A DNA stretch of 64,000 nt. Source: Chloroflexota bacterium (GTDB lineage Bacteria > Chloroflexota > UBA11872 > VXOZ01). Below the pieces are notes generated by a model. The model was not told the origin of the DNA, ran no database searches, and saw only the letters and a list, made by a program, of their open reading frames with translations. The stretch lies in contig OZ219802.1 of NCBI GenBank assembly GCA_964291655.2, positions 192,001-256,000 of the forward strand. The letters are read 5' to 3'. The position numbers were made by a program, and so were the translations under genes. Below are positions 20,922 to 28,787 of this stretch, piece after piece. Each line of letters starts with the position of its first letter. The first letter of the stretch is position 1.

Positions 20922-21188
20922 CTAGGGTCCTGTTTGATAGATTGTATAGATCGCCATGATGTCCAATGGGTGCGGGGAGCAGTCCGGTTCAACTACGCCG
21001 GTTACCGTGGAGTAATTCATGATCGAGTCAGTAATGGAAGGATGACCTTGAAGTCTGGAGTCTGCCGCCTTCTTAGATGCTGCACGAATCCCAAGTGCAT
21101 GGCCCGCTTCATGCACTAGAGAGCTATAGGGATTGTTGTAATTGTCATTCGTATTGGGGCACGGGTTGAAGGAGCTATAATTCATCAC
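20922..21188 (-). CDS. C3: orphan metallopeptidase C-terminal cassette (88 aa)
   Basis: SFNPCPNTND...LVHEAGHALGIRAASKKAAD...GHP..SIMNY...DCSPHPLDIMAIYTIYQ; overlaps the T2 stop. Confidence 0.78.
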   Translation of the reverse strand: MMNYSSFNPCPNTNDNYNNPYSSLVHEAGHALGIRAASKKAADSRLQGHPSITDSIMNYSTVTGVVEPDCSPHPLDIMAIYTIYQTGP

Positions 21189-21268
21189 GACCCCTCTTGT
21201 GGCGGGTTGGCGGGCGCTAAGTTGCCGTCATCGTCCAGGCGTATCAGGTCGCGGCGGTCCGCGCCGTC
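21097..21268. repeat. Cassette-junction direct repeat, copy B
   Basis: 31-bp identical core at 21145-21175; spans the T2 3' end through the C3 HEAGH codons. Confidence 0.88.
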
Positions 21269-22513
21269 AGGAGTAACAGTATAGAGTTGCGGTGGGGGGA
21301 CATCGCCTGGTGTAAAGATTGCGACACGCGTGCCGTCAGGAGACCACGCCGCAGCGTGGGGGGTGATCCATGCGACTTCACTTTCGATCAACACTACCTC
21401 TCCGCTCGCCCAGTCGATGATACATGCAGCACCATCCTCACAGGAATAGAGTATCTGCGTCCCATCCGGCGACCACGCGAGGACGGGTACCGAACCATTG
21501 AAGGGAAGTCCCCAGCGAAGCCAAGCCAGACTGATAATGGTAGTGATGAACTGCAGGTCGGAACCGTCTGCCGCCAGGGTGTAAAGCCCTACATCATCCC
21601 CGGCAATCTTCGCCACCGCCAGCCGTTGCCCGTCCGGCGACCAGGCGGGCACACTAGCCACTTCCTCCGCAAGTAAGGTCATCTCTGAGCCGTCGGCTTT
21701 CACCAAATACAAGTCCCTCATGAAGATACTGAAGTGATCGGTATTAACTTGGAAGGCTAAGCGCTCCCCATCTGGCGACCAGACCGGCGGCGCCAGGGTC
21801 ATCCCATGCTTGCCGGGCGGCACCACACGGTGCACGTCCGAGCCGTCCGCCGCCATGGTGTAGAGCGCCATTCCCTCTGGTGCATAGTAGTACTCCCGCG
21901 TGGAGAGGAAGGCGACACGGCTGCCGTCCGGCGACCACACGGGATAGTGGTCGAGGCGTGGATTCCTGGTGAGCCGACGCTGCCCTGTGCCGTCTATACC
22001 GATGATGGCCACTTCGAAGTTGAAATCTATCTGCTCTGGATTCTGTTGATGTGGCGGGAAGGGATACTCACAGCTTGCATAGACAAGCTGTGTGCCGTCC
22101 GGCGATACGTCAGCATGGTGACCGTACTGGGACTCGCGACTGGGATTAGCGTCGACGAGCAACTCCAAGCGGCTGCCTGCTGAGTCCACCAGCCAGATAC
22201 CGGTGAAGATGTTCCAGTATCTCTGACTTCCTCCTGCAAAGTAGTTGAATACCAAGTGCGCGCCATCCGGCGTCCAGGCGAGAGAGATCTTACCTTCACC
22301 AAGGTTGATCGAAAACCCCAACGGACCACAGGGATAGCTGCCAATGTCGGATATGAAGTCTTCCGGGGTAGGCGAGGGCGCCACCGTTGGCGTACTGATC
22401 ATATCCGCCTCCTTCGTTGACCGCATAGCCCCCGGCTGCTGCTGACAGCCGACAAGCCACAGTACCAGCACCGCTAAGAGCCTCAATTGTGCCAACCTGC
22501 CTCGTAGCATCAT
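21185..22513 (-). CDS. Propeller T2: TolB/PD40 beta-propeller lipoprotein
   Basis: ATG 22513 (MMLRGRL), lipobox LVGC-QQQP; WSPDG repeats; ends ANPPQEGS. Confidence 0.9.
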   Translation of the reverse strand: MMLRGRLAQLRLLAVLVLWLVGCQQQPGAMRSTKEADMISTPTVAPSPTPEDFISDIGSYPCGPLGFSINLGEGKISLAWTPDGAHLVFNYFAGGSQRYWNIFTGIWLVDSAGSRLELLVDANPSRESQYGHHADVSPDGTQLVYASCEYPFPPHQQNPEQIDFNFEVAIIGIDGTGQRRLTRNPRLDHYPVWSPDGSRVAFLSTREYYYAPEGMALYTMAADGSDVHRVVPPGKHGMTLAPPVWSPDGERLAFQVNTDHFSIFMRDLYLVKADGSEMTLLAEEVASVPAWSPDGQRLAVAKIAGDDVGLYTLAADGSDLQFITTIISLAWLRWGLPFNGSVPVLAWSPDGTQILYSCEDGAACIIDWASGEVVLIESEVAWITPHAAAWSPDGTRVAIFTPGDVPPPQLYTVTPDGADRRDLIRLDDDGNLAPANPPQEGS

Positions 22514-22529
22514 GGTTGCATCCCTTTCG

Positions 22530-22799
22530 TTAGGATCCGATCTGATAAATTGCAAAGATCGCCATAATGTCCAACGGATGCGGGGAACAATCCTTCTCAT
22601 TGACCAGCATAAGCTTCCGATTGTAATTCATAACGGAGTCAGCGATTGAGGGATGACCCTGGAATTCGGGGTCTGCCGCCTTCTTAGAAGCTGCACGAAG
22701 CCCGATGGCATGACCCGCTTCATGCACCAACGAGCTCTTGGGATAGTTGTAATCATCATTCGTATTGGGGCACGGGTTGAAGGAGCTATAACTCATCAC
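22530..22799 (-). CDS. C2: orphan metallopeptidase C-terminal cassette (89 aa)
   Basis: SFNPCPNTND...LVHEAGHAIGLRAASKKAAD...GHP..SVMNY...DCSPHPLDIMAIFAIYQ; overlaps the T1 stop. Confidence 0.78.
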   Translation of the reverse strand: MMSYSSFNPCPNTNDDYNYPKSSLVHEAGHAIGLRAASKKAADPEFQGHPSIADSVMNYNRKLMLVNEKDCSPHPLDIMAIFAIYQIGS

Positions 22800-22879
22800 G
22801 GCCCCTCCTGTGGCGGGTTCGCTGGCACTAAGTTGCCGTCATCGTCCAGGCGTATCAGGTCGCGCCGGTCAGTACCGTC
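22708..22879. repeat. Cassette-junction direct repeat, copy C
   Basis: 31-bp identical core at 22756-22786. Confidence 0.88.
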
Positions 22880-24106
22880 CGGGGCCAAGGTGTAGAGATG
22901 TGGTTCCGGATCAGGCCTGTAGATTGCAATCCGGGAGCCGTCCGGCGACCACGCCGCAGCGTACGGAAAGAACCAAATAAATGGACTATCTTCCACCAAT
23001 GCCGTTACCTCTCCGCTCGCCAAGTCAATAAGGCATACCCCATGCTTGCAGGAGTAAACCAGTCGCGTGCCGTCCGGCGACCAATTCACAGTGGGTATTG
23101 TTTCCGAGAAGGGAGGCCCAGCCTTCATAACTTCCCGCTCGAAGATGTTCGTGACGAGTTGGTGGTCGGTACCATCAGCCGCTAGGGTGAAGAGTCCCAC
23201 GAAGTCGTCAGTATACTTTGCTACCGCCAGCCGCGTGCCATCCGGCGACCAAGCGGGCACACTGACCACCTCTTTCGCCAGCAGAGTCATCTCCGTGCCG
23301 TCGACCTTCACCGCGTACAAGTCCCTCTGGAGGTAGTAGGGGTCTGCGGTATTCACTTGGAATGCCAACCGTTCTCCGTCCGCCGACCACACCGGCGGCG
23401 CCAGGGTCAACCCATGCGGGTGGGGCTGTGTCACGCGCTGTTTTTCTGAGCCATCCCCCGCCATGACACTGAGCCTCAGATACTCATAATGGGGCTCAAG
23501 GAAGGCGATGCGGTTACCGTCGGGAGACCAGACCGGATAGTGGTCGAGGCTCCGGTTCTCCGTGAGCCGCTGCTGCCTCGAGCCTTCTAGAGTGACAACG
23601 ACCACTTCATAGTCAAAATCCTCCCGCTCCGGAACTTGCTTTCTGTAGGAGAATTCGCAGCTTGCATACACAAGCTGGGTACCGTCCGGCGAAATGTCTG
23701 CGTGGTTTCCGAACATGGAACCCTGACCGGGGTTAGCGTCAACGATCAGGATTACGTGGCTGCCCGCAGCATCCACCCGCCAGAAAGCCGTATGATACGG
23801 AATTTCCCCCGACCCGTAGTAGTCCGCTGGCCGGTAATTGAACACCAAATGCGCTCCATCCAGTGTCCAAGCGAGCACGAGCCTATCCATACCAAGGTTA
23901 TAATCAATCCAACCGAACGGTCCGCATGAATAGCTCCTCTCGACATCGAAAACCCTTTCACCTGGGGTCGGCGAGGGTACCACCGTTGGCGTACTCGTCG
24001 GTCCCACAATTACTGGCCGAAGGTTGGCAGGCTGCTGCTGGCAGCCAACGAGAACCAGTGTTAGCACTGCCAAGACTCCGAGACGCGGCAGCGATGTGCG
24101 TGCCAT
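22796..24106 (-). CDS. Propeller T1: TolB/PD40 beta-propeller lipoprotein
   Basis: ATG 24106 (MARTSLPRL), lipobox LVGC-QQQP; WSPDG repeats; ends ANPPQEGP. Confidence 0.9.
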   Translation of the reverse strand: MARTSLPRLGVLAVLTLVLVGCQQQPANLRPVIVGPTSTPTVVPSPTPGERVFDVERSYSCGPFGWIDYNLGMDRLVLAWTLDGAHLVFNYRPADYYGSGEIPYHTAFWRVDAAGSHVILIVDANPGQGSMFGNHADISPDGTQLVYASCEFSYRKQVPEREDFDYEVVVVTLEGSRQQRLTENRSLDHYPVWSPDGNRIAFLEPHYEYLRLSVMAGDGSEKQRVTQPHPHGLTLAPPVWSADGERLAFQVNTADPYYLQRDLYAVKVDGTEMTLLAKEVVSVPAWSPDGTRLAVAKYTDDFVGLFTLAADGTDHQLVTNIFEREVMKAGPPFSETIPTVNWSPDGTRLVYSCKHGVCLIDLASGEVTALVEDSPFIWFFPYAAAWSPDGSRIAIYRPDPEPHLYTLAPDGTDRRDLIRLDDDGNLVPANPPQEGP

Positions 24107-24122
24107 TATCGCAGAACTCTCT

Positions 24123-24275
24123 TTAAGGTATGGACTGATACAGTGCAGTGGTTGCCATGATGTCAAATGGGGTGGGAGAGCACTTATATTTTCTAAAGCC
24201 CTCTTTAATAACCGTGGATTCCTTGATTCGTGGGTGATGGCGCTCTTGACCTATGCCATCACTTCCGCCGCCAAC
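24123..24275 (-). pseudogene. C1: cryptic metallopeptidase tail not in the ORF track, fused out of frame to head 1
   Basis: Own translation: ..VGGGSDGIGQERHHPRIKESTVIKEGFRKYKCSPTPFDIMATTALYQSIP* (stop 24125-24123); HExxH part missing; junction position approximate. Confidence 0.8.
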
Positions 24276-24571
24276 GGTATGGCCGCCGTCGCCGTCTCAT
24301 CCACCGAAGATCCCCGCGTCTCCACCCGGAAGTTCACCAGGATGTCCGCGCTCGGCGCGCTGCTTGCCGTGATGGTGAAGATCGCCTCCTCGCCCTGCGC
24401 CACCGTCGCCTGCGACGACGCGATCGTCAGCGACGGCCCGCTCGACTGCGCCTGGGTCGCTACCGCATACACCAGGCTCAACAACACCACCAGCCCAAAC
24501 CCTATCCTAGACCGCCGAGCACCGGGTAATATGCGTTCAATCGAGATCCAAAGCGAAATTGTGCGGAGCAA
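24251..24571 (-). pseudogene. Head 1: signal peptide plus start of a Calx-beta/Ig-like domain, internally deleted
   Basis: Hydrophobic signal ending ATQA-Q; PSLTI...TV.QGE.A.FTITASSAPSADI.VN pattern; ends a few codons after joining C1. Confidence 0.7.
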
Positions 24572-24751
24572 CGCGCGAAAACGAGCCGTAGCGCTTTGCC
24601 CTAACCCTCAATTCGGTTCAGTGACTGTGCCTGCCGCTTCCTGTCCAGGCCAGCACCTGTCGTCCTCTTCACCGCACTGCTTGGTTCAGCCTGACAGGTC
24701 GATACTGATAGTTTCTTACTTGTCCAATACATACATGTTGCTAGTTACGTG

Positions 24752-24781
24752 ACTCTATCATTGGTCTTATTGTATTGTCAA
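24752..24781 (-). promoter_or_regulatory. Sigma70-like promoter upstream of the array
   Basis: TTGACA-18 nt-TAGAGT with a TG extension, in an AT-rich intergenic region. Confidence 0.55.
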
Positions 24782-25037
24782 CTCCATAAACTATGTGATA
24801 TATACGTACTTTACTTGTGAAAATACTGTGGGGTATCAGCAGGCACTCCATCAGGTAGTGGCTATAGGTACACTAGCCGCATATTCCCATCCATGAAAGG
24901 CATGCCTGCGAATTCAATGACTTTACTAAGCCAAAAGCATCAAGATTCAGACGGTCTTGACAAATTAAGCACATGACGGCCGTGACAATACACGGCCGTC
25001 ATGGCGTCAATGAACTTGGGAGTGTAGTCTGGTTGGT

Positions 25038-26285
25038 TTAGTCGGGCAAGCCAAAAACGCGGGTGTCGGGCTTGAAGACAGCCCAAGCAAACCAGAAGTG
25101 GTTGCCGTTTACGATGGACTGCAGTTGCTTGCCGGTCAGCGGTCCTGCGATCGCGCGACCGAGAACGTTCCACTGCGATTGGGTTTCCGTATCCAAGATT
25201 TCACCGTCGTCATTCACTTGAAACTTCAGCGTTGCGCCGTCGACCACCGGCGCGAAAACACCGGCGGCGCCAATGTCTGCACCTGAGAATGGAGATATCG
25301 CGCCGGGTTGGTGAATTACCACAATCGGCTCGCCGCCGACGGAATCTTCCACTACCCGCTGCTCTGCCAGCACGTTGAAGGGATAGGCGGCATCTTCGCC
25401 ATTCAGCGACACCGTGACCACTCGTTCCATGGCGGGCAGGCGACCGTCGACCTCCTCGAAGAAGAGGAAGGGCGATGAAGAAATGTCGTCATAGCCGGGA
25501 TACGGGTTTCTGCCATACGATCGAGGATAGCCGGTTTCACGCGAGAGCACCTGACCTTCAGGATGCGTGCTGCGGAAGTCTGCGAAAGAAACTATCGACG
25601 CCGGCACCGTGGTTAGTTTCTTGCCGGTAAGTTCACCCACGATGGCCGTTCCCGTAATCTGCTGCCACCAACTCTCCGTCTGACGGTCGTACATGATCAA
25701 GTCGCTGTAGCGCAAATTGCCGCTAACACCAAAGTCATACGTGGTGCCATCCAGGCGCCGGTCGAAAGCAATCGCGGTATTGCAGAGCGGGCAGAACGTC
25801 ACCGTGACCGGCATCCCGCCGATAGTGTCGTTCACAATCTCGTGCCAAACCAGAATTTCAATCGGATAGGCCTTCGCCTCTCCGTTGACTTCAACCACTA
25901 CAACGGGTTTGCGATCATCAAGGTATGCCGCGGCTTCATCGGACGTGATGAAGGCCGGATCGTCAATTGGGGGGATGCCATCTTTGCCGGGACCGCCGGA
26001 GCTGATTTCGCTGAGCGGCACGCTATGCTTGGAAAAGTCAGTCTTCCACCCAAATGTGGAGAACTGGAGATTAGCGGGAAGCTCCGGTGAGGGAGAGGGT
26101 TGCACAGCCTCTGCTTCAGGAGTAACGGCGGGCTCGACTTCCTCTACGATCGTGTCCTCCGGCATCTGTCCGCAGGCCACTGCGGCTACGATAGCGACCG
26201 ATGCGGTGCCGGCCGCTAGCAGAATGTTGCGTCGACTCAAGAGGTTGCGCGGGGTCCTGTTCACTGGCTGACTTCTCCTATTCAC
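25038..26285 (-). CDS. DUF3179-family protein, Tat-exported lipoprotein
   Basis: SRRNIL twin-Arg, VAC lipobox; GGPGKDGIPPIDDP, HEIVND, FCPLCN, MYDRQTESWWQQ, FWFAW. Confidence 0.88.
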   Translation of the reverse strand: MNRRSQPVNRTPRNLLSRRNILLAAGTASVAIVAAVACGQMPEDTIVEEVEPAVTPEAEAVQPSPSPELPANLQFSTFGWKTDFSKHSVPLSEISSGGPGKDGIPPIDDPAFITSDEAAAYLDDRKPVVVVEVNGEAKAYPIEILVWHEIVNDTIGGMPVTVTFCPLCNTAIAFDRRLDGTTYDFGVSGNLRYSDLIMYDRQTESWWQQITGTAIVGELTGKKLTTVPASIVSFADFRSTHPEGQVLSRETGYPRSYGRNPYPGYDDISSSPFLFFEEVDGRLPAMERVVTVSLNGEDAAYPFNVLAEQRVVEDSVGGEPIVVIHQPGAISPFSGADIGAAGVFAPVVDGATLKFQVNDDGEILDTETQSQWNVLGRAIAGPLTGKQLQSIVNGNHFWFAWAVFKPDTRVFGLPD

Positions 26286-27034
26286 GTGTCCTGTTGCGCG
26301 CCATGGACGATATTCTCTAGCGCAGAACGGTCTGTCAGAGTAATCCGTTTACGTCCAATTTCGAGATAATTCTCATGCTTCAGCTTGTCCAACGTCGCCG
26401 TTACGGTCTCGCGATAGACGCCGAGCATGTCCGCCAAGTCCTGATGCGTAAGCCCCTGAATCTCATCGGAATCCTCTGCGAGCCGCAAAAGCAAAGCCGC
26501 CGTGCGGGCCGGCATGGTCAAGAATGCGCTCTCGTGCAGGCGCTCTTCGGCTTCTTGAAGTCGCTCGTTGAGCACTTGAATGAGGCGCAAGCCGATCCTG
26601 GGATAGGTGACGAGGATGCGTTCCACCTCAGTGCGGCCCAGTGTGCACAATGTTACGTCATCCACTGCTTGGGCCACCGAATCTCCCATCGCCTGCCCAA
26701 AGAGCGGCATTTCTCCGAAGAATGTATCCGGCCCCAGCATTGCCAGCACGAGCTTGCGGCCTTCAAATGATATGCGGTAGAGCTGAACGCGGCCCTCTTT
26801 GATAAGAAAGAGCATCTCTCGGTTATCTTCGGGCGTGTGAATTACCCCTCCCTTGTTTATGTGCACCGTCGCGCTGGAATGGTCTATCTTACTAATTTCA
26901 TGCGGCAGAAGGTCGGCGAAGATTTCAATCTTGGAGATGCAGGAAAGCGTATGGTTGTAAAGTCCCAATCGACCGTTCTGCCGTAGGCTTGTCCGCAGTT
27001 CCTTTGATCGAGAGGATACTCGGTAGTTTCTCAT
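26282..27034 (-). CDS. Crp/Fnr family transcriptional regulator (start uncertain)
   Basis: cNMP domain (LIKEGRV, FFGEM) and HTH LTHQDLADMLGVYRETVT. Confidence 0.92.
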   Translation of the reverse strand: MRNYRVSSRSKELRTSLRQNGRLGLYNHTLSCISKIEIFADLLPHEISKIDHSSATVHINKGGVIHTPEDNREMLFLIKEGRVQLYRISFEGRKLVLAMLGPDTFFGEMPLFGQAMGDSVAQAVDDVTLCTLGRTEVERILVTYPRIGLRLIQVLNERLQEAEERLHESAFLTMPARTAALLLRLAEDSDEIQGLTHQDLADMLGVYRETVTATLDKLKHENYLEIGRKRITLTDRSALENIVHGAQQDT

Positions 27035-27395
27035 GCGGCTACTTCCATTTGCAGGGCGGCAGCGAATTGCACTGACCTGGAGCCGATCTCTGTCCCTAGT
27101 TGAGAGCATATCATGCTCTCAAGCACCGTTTTGTACGCGAGACTACATTACGGCAGCGATGAGGGTTTTCGCACTCGCACCTCGTGCGCAGACTTGCCGA
27201 TGCCGGACGTTAGCGGCGTTAGCCAGGCAATGGGGAAGACTCGAAAGGTAATTCTTCAGATCCCAAAGTTGACGGTCTGCCGGCACGCTGCGCCACAGGA
27301 AAGATCTCCAATGCAGGAGCACGGCGCCAACTTAACGGACCGAAGAGGGGTCCTTCAGCGCGGGAAGTAGCCTGGCCCGAAAGTCTCGCAGTTGC

Positions 27396-28235
27396 CTAGC
27401 TGAAGAACGGGTTGTGGTCTCGCTCCTCCTGCACGGTCGTGGCCGGACCGTGCCCTGGCAAGAGACTTGTCGCGTGCGGCAACGTGAGAACGTGCTCTCG
27501 AATAGTCTGCAGCATCTTGGGGAAAGCTAGACTGCATCTTCCCATCGAGCCGGCAAACAACGTGTCTCCGGTGAAGGCGGCATTCTCGACGACGTAAGTA
27601 ACGCTCCCCGCGGTATGGCCCGGAGTAGGGACGACCAGGACGGAGAAACCTTCAAACTCCACCGTCTCGTTGTCTTTCAGTATCCGTATGCCTCCACTAA
27701 AAGCTCCTCTTGCAAGGTTTTCGTCGGCAGTGTGGACGTGGACGGCTGCGCCGGTCTCCTGCTGAATCGTGTCCGCCGCTTCCGTGTGGTCGCTGTGTCC
27801 GTGCGTGAAGAGAATTGCGAGCAAGCGGAGTCCAGCCTGATTGACGCGCTGCACAACCTCACTCCCCAGCCCACCAGCATCGATTAGCAAGGCAGTCTTT
27901 GTCTCGTTATTGACCAGCAGGTAGACGTTTGCATTGTACTCTGCAACGAGAAAGTGCTCGATGTCAATATAGTCACCGGCCGTGAAGCCGCATGATGCGG
28001 GTTCCCATTCTTCGCGTGCAATTGCCCCTAGCCGGTCCTCCTGCAGCCCAAGTGCGGCGGCAAGTCGGCCAACTACGGCCTGATCGGGCGTAAGTGTATA
28101 GTCCTCCATCTTCTCAACATCGCTCGAGCTGACACCCACTTGCTCCGCCACCGCGTCAACGCTCAATCCCAACCCTCGCCGCGCCTTGCCAATGATGTCA
28201 CCAAACTCGTCTTCCAATGCGTATGCCATTCCCAA
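27396..28235 (-). CDS. MBL-fold metallohydrolase with N-terminal XRE-type HTH
   Basis: LEDEFGDIIGKARRGLGLS...; THGHSDH, PGHT, FTGDTLF, PGHGP.TT...E...NPF. Confidence 0.9.
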   Translation of the reverse strand: MGMAYALEDEFGDIIGKARRGLGLSVDAVAEQVGVSSSDVEKMEDYTLTPDQAVVGRLAAALGLQEDRLGAIAREEWEPASCGFTAGDYIDIEHFLVAEYNANVYLLVNNETKTALLIDAGGLGSEVVQRVNQAGLRLLAILFTHGHSDHTEAADTIQQETGAAVHVHTADENLARGAFSGGIRILKDNETVEFEGFSVLVVPTPGHTAGSVTYVVENAAFTGDTLFAGSMGRCSLAFPKMLQTIREHVLTLPHATSLLPGHGPATTVQEERDHNPFFS

Positions 28236-28277
28236 TTCTCCTCGATATCAATCAATTCGACTGCTTTTGAATGAGGT

Positions 28278-28652
28278 TCACTCACTTTTCTCGATGACGA
28301 CCTGTGTTCCGCTGGTCACTCGTTTGAAAGCGCCCGCATCACCGTCCACCCGTCCAAAGACGTTTACGGGTGAGGCGGGTCTAATCTCGTCGCCGTGGCT
28401 CTTGGGAGTCGGCCCAAAGAAGATGCAAAAAGCGCTGCCGGGCGGCCAGTAGCCGAGATCGCCCAGCTCTACTACTTCCTGAGCGTTGTCTTCCGTAAGC
28501 GCCATCGGGATGCGAAAGTATATCTCGTCACCCCACACGTTGGCGCTGCCTTTGATAGGCAGCGCTTCCCAGATCGCTTGGGCAGTGTTTGTCTCATTCA
28601 GATTCGCTGCTGCTTCCAATTCGCCGCAACGGATGCGAATACGTTTTGTCAT
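28278..28652 (-). CDS. Cyclophilin-like fold protein (DUF369/TM1367-like)
   Basis: TAQAIWEALP, WGDEIYF, GDLGYWPPGSAFCIFFG.TP, PASPVNVFG. Confidence 0.85.
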   Translation of the reverse strand: MTKRIRIRCGELEAAANLNETNTAQAIWEALPIKGSANVWGDEIYFRIPMALTEDNAQEVVELGDLGYWPPGSAFCIFFGPTPKSHGDEIRPASPVNVFGRVDGDAGAFKRVTSGTQVVIEKSE

Positions 28653-28787
28653 AGGGCACTCACTTGGCCGGGTCTCCATCCACTCGCTCTCATTCTCTAA
28701 CACGTGCAAGAGCCAATTGGCAAGTAAGTAGATTTTCTCAACTTGCCAAAACCTGACTTCAATCTTGGTGGCGAATGACCCAAAGAG

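Noticed and set aside
13800-23900. Many copies of ccgtccggcgacca, resembling a CRISPR or REP repeat
   Set aside because: They encode the WSPDG motif of PD40 blades inside ORFs; spacing is irregular, the copies are too short, and there are no cas genes
13621-24106. Annotating the propellers as tolB of a Tol-Pal system
   Set aside because: No tolQRA/pal nearby, no TolB N-terminal domain, and six lipoprotein paralogs; only the repeat fold is shared
13233-24571. Array as a diversity-generating retroelement, integron or shufflon
   Set aside because: No reverse transcriptase, integrase or invertase in the window; no attC-like palindromes noticed; all cassettes share one orientation and differences are not adenine-specific
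24024-24752. 242-aa plus-strand ORF
   Set aside because: Antisense shadow of head1/C1/T1, with no recognisable motifs
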